Assembly (NCBI GenBank): GCA_051362555.1
Contig: CM120641.1
Location: 35,532,401 to 35,596,400 of the forward strand
Direction: 5' to 3'
DNA length: 64,000 bases
Source of the DNA: Lingula anatina
Lineage: Eukaryota > Animalia > Brachiopoda
Part shown: positions 62,777 to 64,000 of the stretch, piece after piece
Layout: every line of letters starts with the position of its first letter
Position numbering within the stretch: the stretch's first letter is position 1
Notes under the pieces: generated by a model
Database searches by the model: none
Seen by the model: the letters and a program-made list of their open reading frames with translations, nothing else
What the model was told of the DNA's origin: nothing
Position numbers and translations under genes: made by a program

Positions 62777-63580
62777 ATGACACTGAATTACTCTGTCGTG
62801 TTCGAATTTGAACGTCAGTATGACGACCATACCTTTTGGGAATGGATGAAGGAGAACTGGACACTCTGTTATGTGTACTCAGCGGTGTACGTGGTGCTAA
62901 TTTTCGGTGGAAAATGGGTGATGGCCCGTCGACCGCGCTATGACTTGCGACCCTACTTGGCTCTCTGGAGCGCAATGCTAGCCATATTTAGTATATGCGG
63001 CACTTTGAGAATGTGGACTGAGTTGATTTATTCCGTCACCAATTACAGTTTGCAATATGCCATGTGTGTGCCCAGCTATTACACAAGGGAAGTAGCAGGC
63101 TTCTGGTCCTTCTTGTTTGTTGTCTCCAAGGTGGTGGAACTAGGCGACACTGTGTTTATTGTGCTAAGGAAGACCCCCCTAATCTTCTTGCATTGGTACC
63201 ATCATATCACTGTCCTCATCTACGTGTGGGCAACTTACACTGAGCATGCTGCTTCTGGAAGAATGTTCTGTACCATGAATTACACAGTTCACTCCTTCAT
63301 GTACACCTACTATGCTCTGCGTGCCTTGCGCTACAACATTCCAAAGTGGGTGAATATCATGATAACCTTGATGCAGTTACTGCAGATGGTGATTGGTGTT
63401 GTGATTAACATTTGGGTATACCAGATCAAGTCCCGCGGTGAACCATGTCAACAGAGCTGGGATAACTTGAAGTACGCATTTCTAATGTATTTCAGTTACT
63501 TTGTGCTCTTCGCAAACTTCTTTTACAATGCCTATCTGAAGAAGCCTTTGCATCACCATGAACAGAAGAAGCAGCATTGA
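62777..63580 (+). CDS. ELOVL6: Very-long-chain fatty acid elongase, ELOVL6-like, intronless CDS, 267 aa
   Basis: SKVVELGDTVFIVLRK, FLHWYHH histidine box, MNYTVHSFMYTYY, TLMQLLQM, YFVLFANFFYNAY, KKQH dilysine end. Confidence 0.88.
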   Translation: MTLNYSVVFEFERQYDDHTFWEWMKENWTLCYVYSAVYVVLIFGGKWVMARRPRYDLRPYLALWSAMLAIFSICGTLRMWTELIYSVTNYSLQYAMCVPSYYTREVAGFWSFLFVVSKVVELGDTVFIVLRKTPLIFLHWYHHITVLIYVWATYTEHAASGRMFCTMNYTVHSFMYTYYALRALRYNIPKWVNIMITLMQLLQMVIGVVINIWVYQIKSRGEPCQQSWDNLKYAFLMYFSYFVLFANFFYNAYLKKPLHHHEQKKQH

Positions 63581-64000
63581 GGACAGTGGAGGTTTAGAGC
63601 ACTAGGATTCTTGACTTCATCATATTATCTTTGCCACTGTTACTGAAGCTGTGATTAGATGGTCTGCAGAAGCCAATTATGTTTAGTTGAGATACATTGA
63701 CACAAGTGTAATCAGGGAGACCAATCATGACCTCTTTTCTTTTGCTAATATTGGTTTTCTGACCTTATTTGCAAAGAATACTATATAAACTCGCCATTCT
63801 TCACTTTCATTATGCAAATTCAATTGTTTTTTTTTTTTTTTTCACATACACTGATTAGTTGTATATGGCAATATTTTTTTTTGCTATGGCAAGTCAGCTA
63901 TTCAGCAAAAGCATATTTATAAAAAAAGGCCCAGTGGGGTCATTTAGTAAACACATTCCATCTTTCAGTCATTTGACTTCTTAATCCTTCATAGCAAAAG

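Overview
AT-rich, intron-containing eukaryotic DNA from an invertebrate animal (probably a lophotrochozoan such as a mollusc; this is inference). Genes recovered by manual splicing: a glycine-rich ALK/LTK-type domain gene with an apparently damaged 5' end (-), GTF2H5/TFB5 (-), spermine synthase with a U12-type last intron (+), two near-identical intronless UDP-glycosyltransferases (-) in a tandem duplication that also copied the SMS 3' end, HADH (+), TXNDC15 (-) and an intronless ELOVL6-like elongase (+). Many MITEs, two ISL2EU/Harbinger relics, a LINE RT fragment and a solo LTR are also present. The most striking structure is at ~43-58 kb on the minus strand. Two constant coding exons (343 codons, ending in a phase-0 donor) are followed by at least seven separate terminal cassettes. 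Each cassette starts at a phase-0 AG acceptor and encodes its own putative DNA-binding domain: three Myb/SANT-like (one apparently captured from a decayed Harbinger transposon) and four of an uncharacterised, possibly winged-helix, family. Decayed relic cassettes lie among them. This resembles a mod(mdg4)/lola-style 'one constant head, many DNA-binding tails' locus but without a BTB domain. Splicing is inferred from sequence only and needs RNA evidence.
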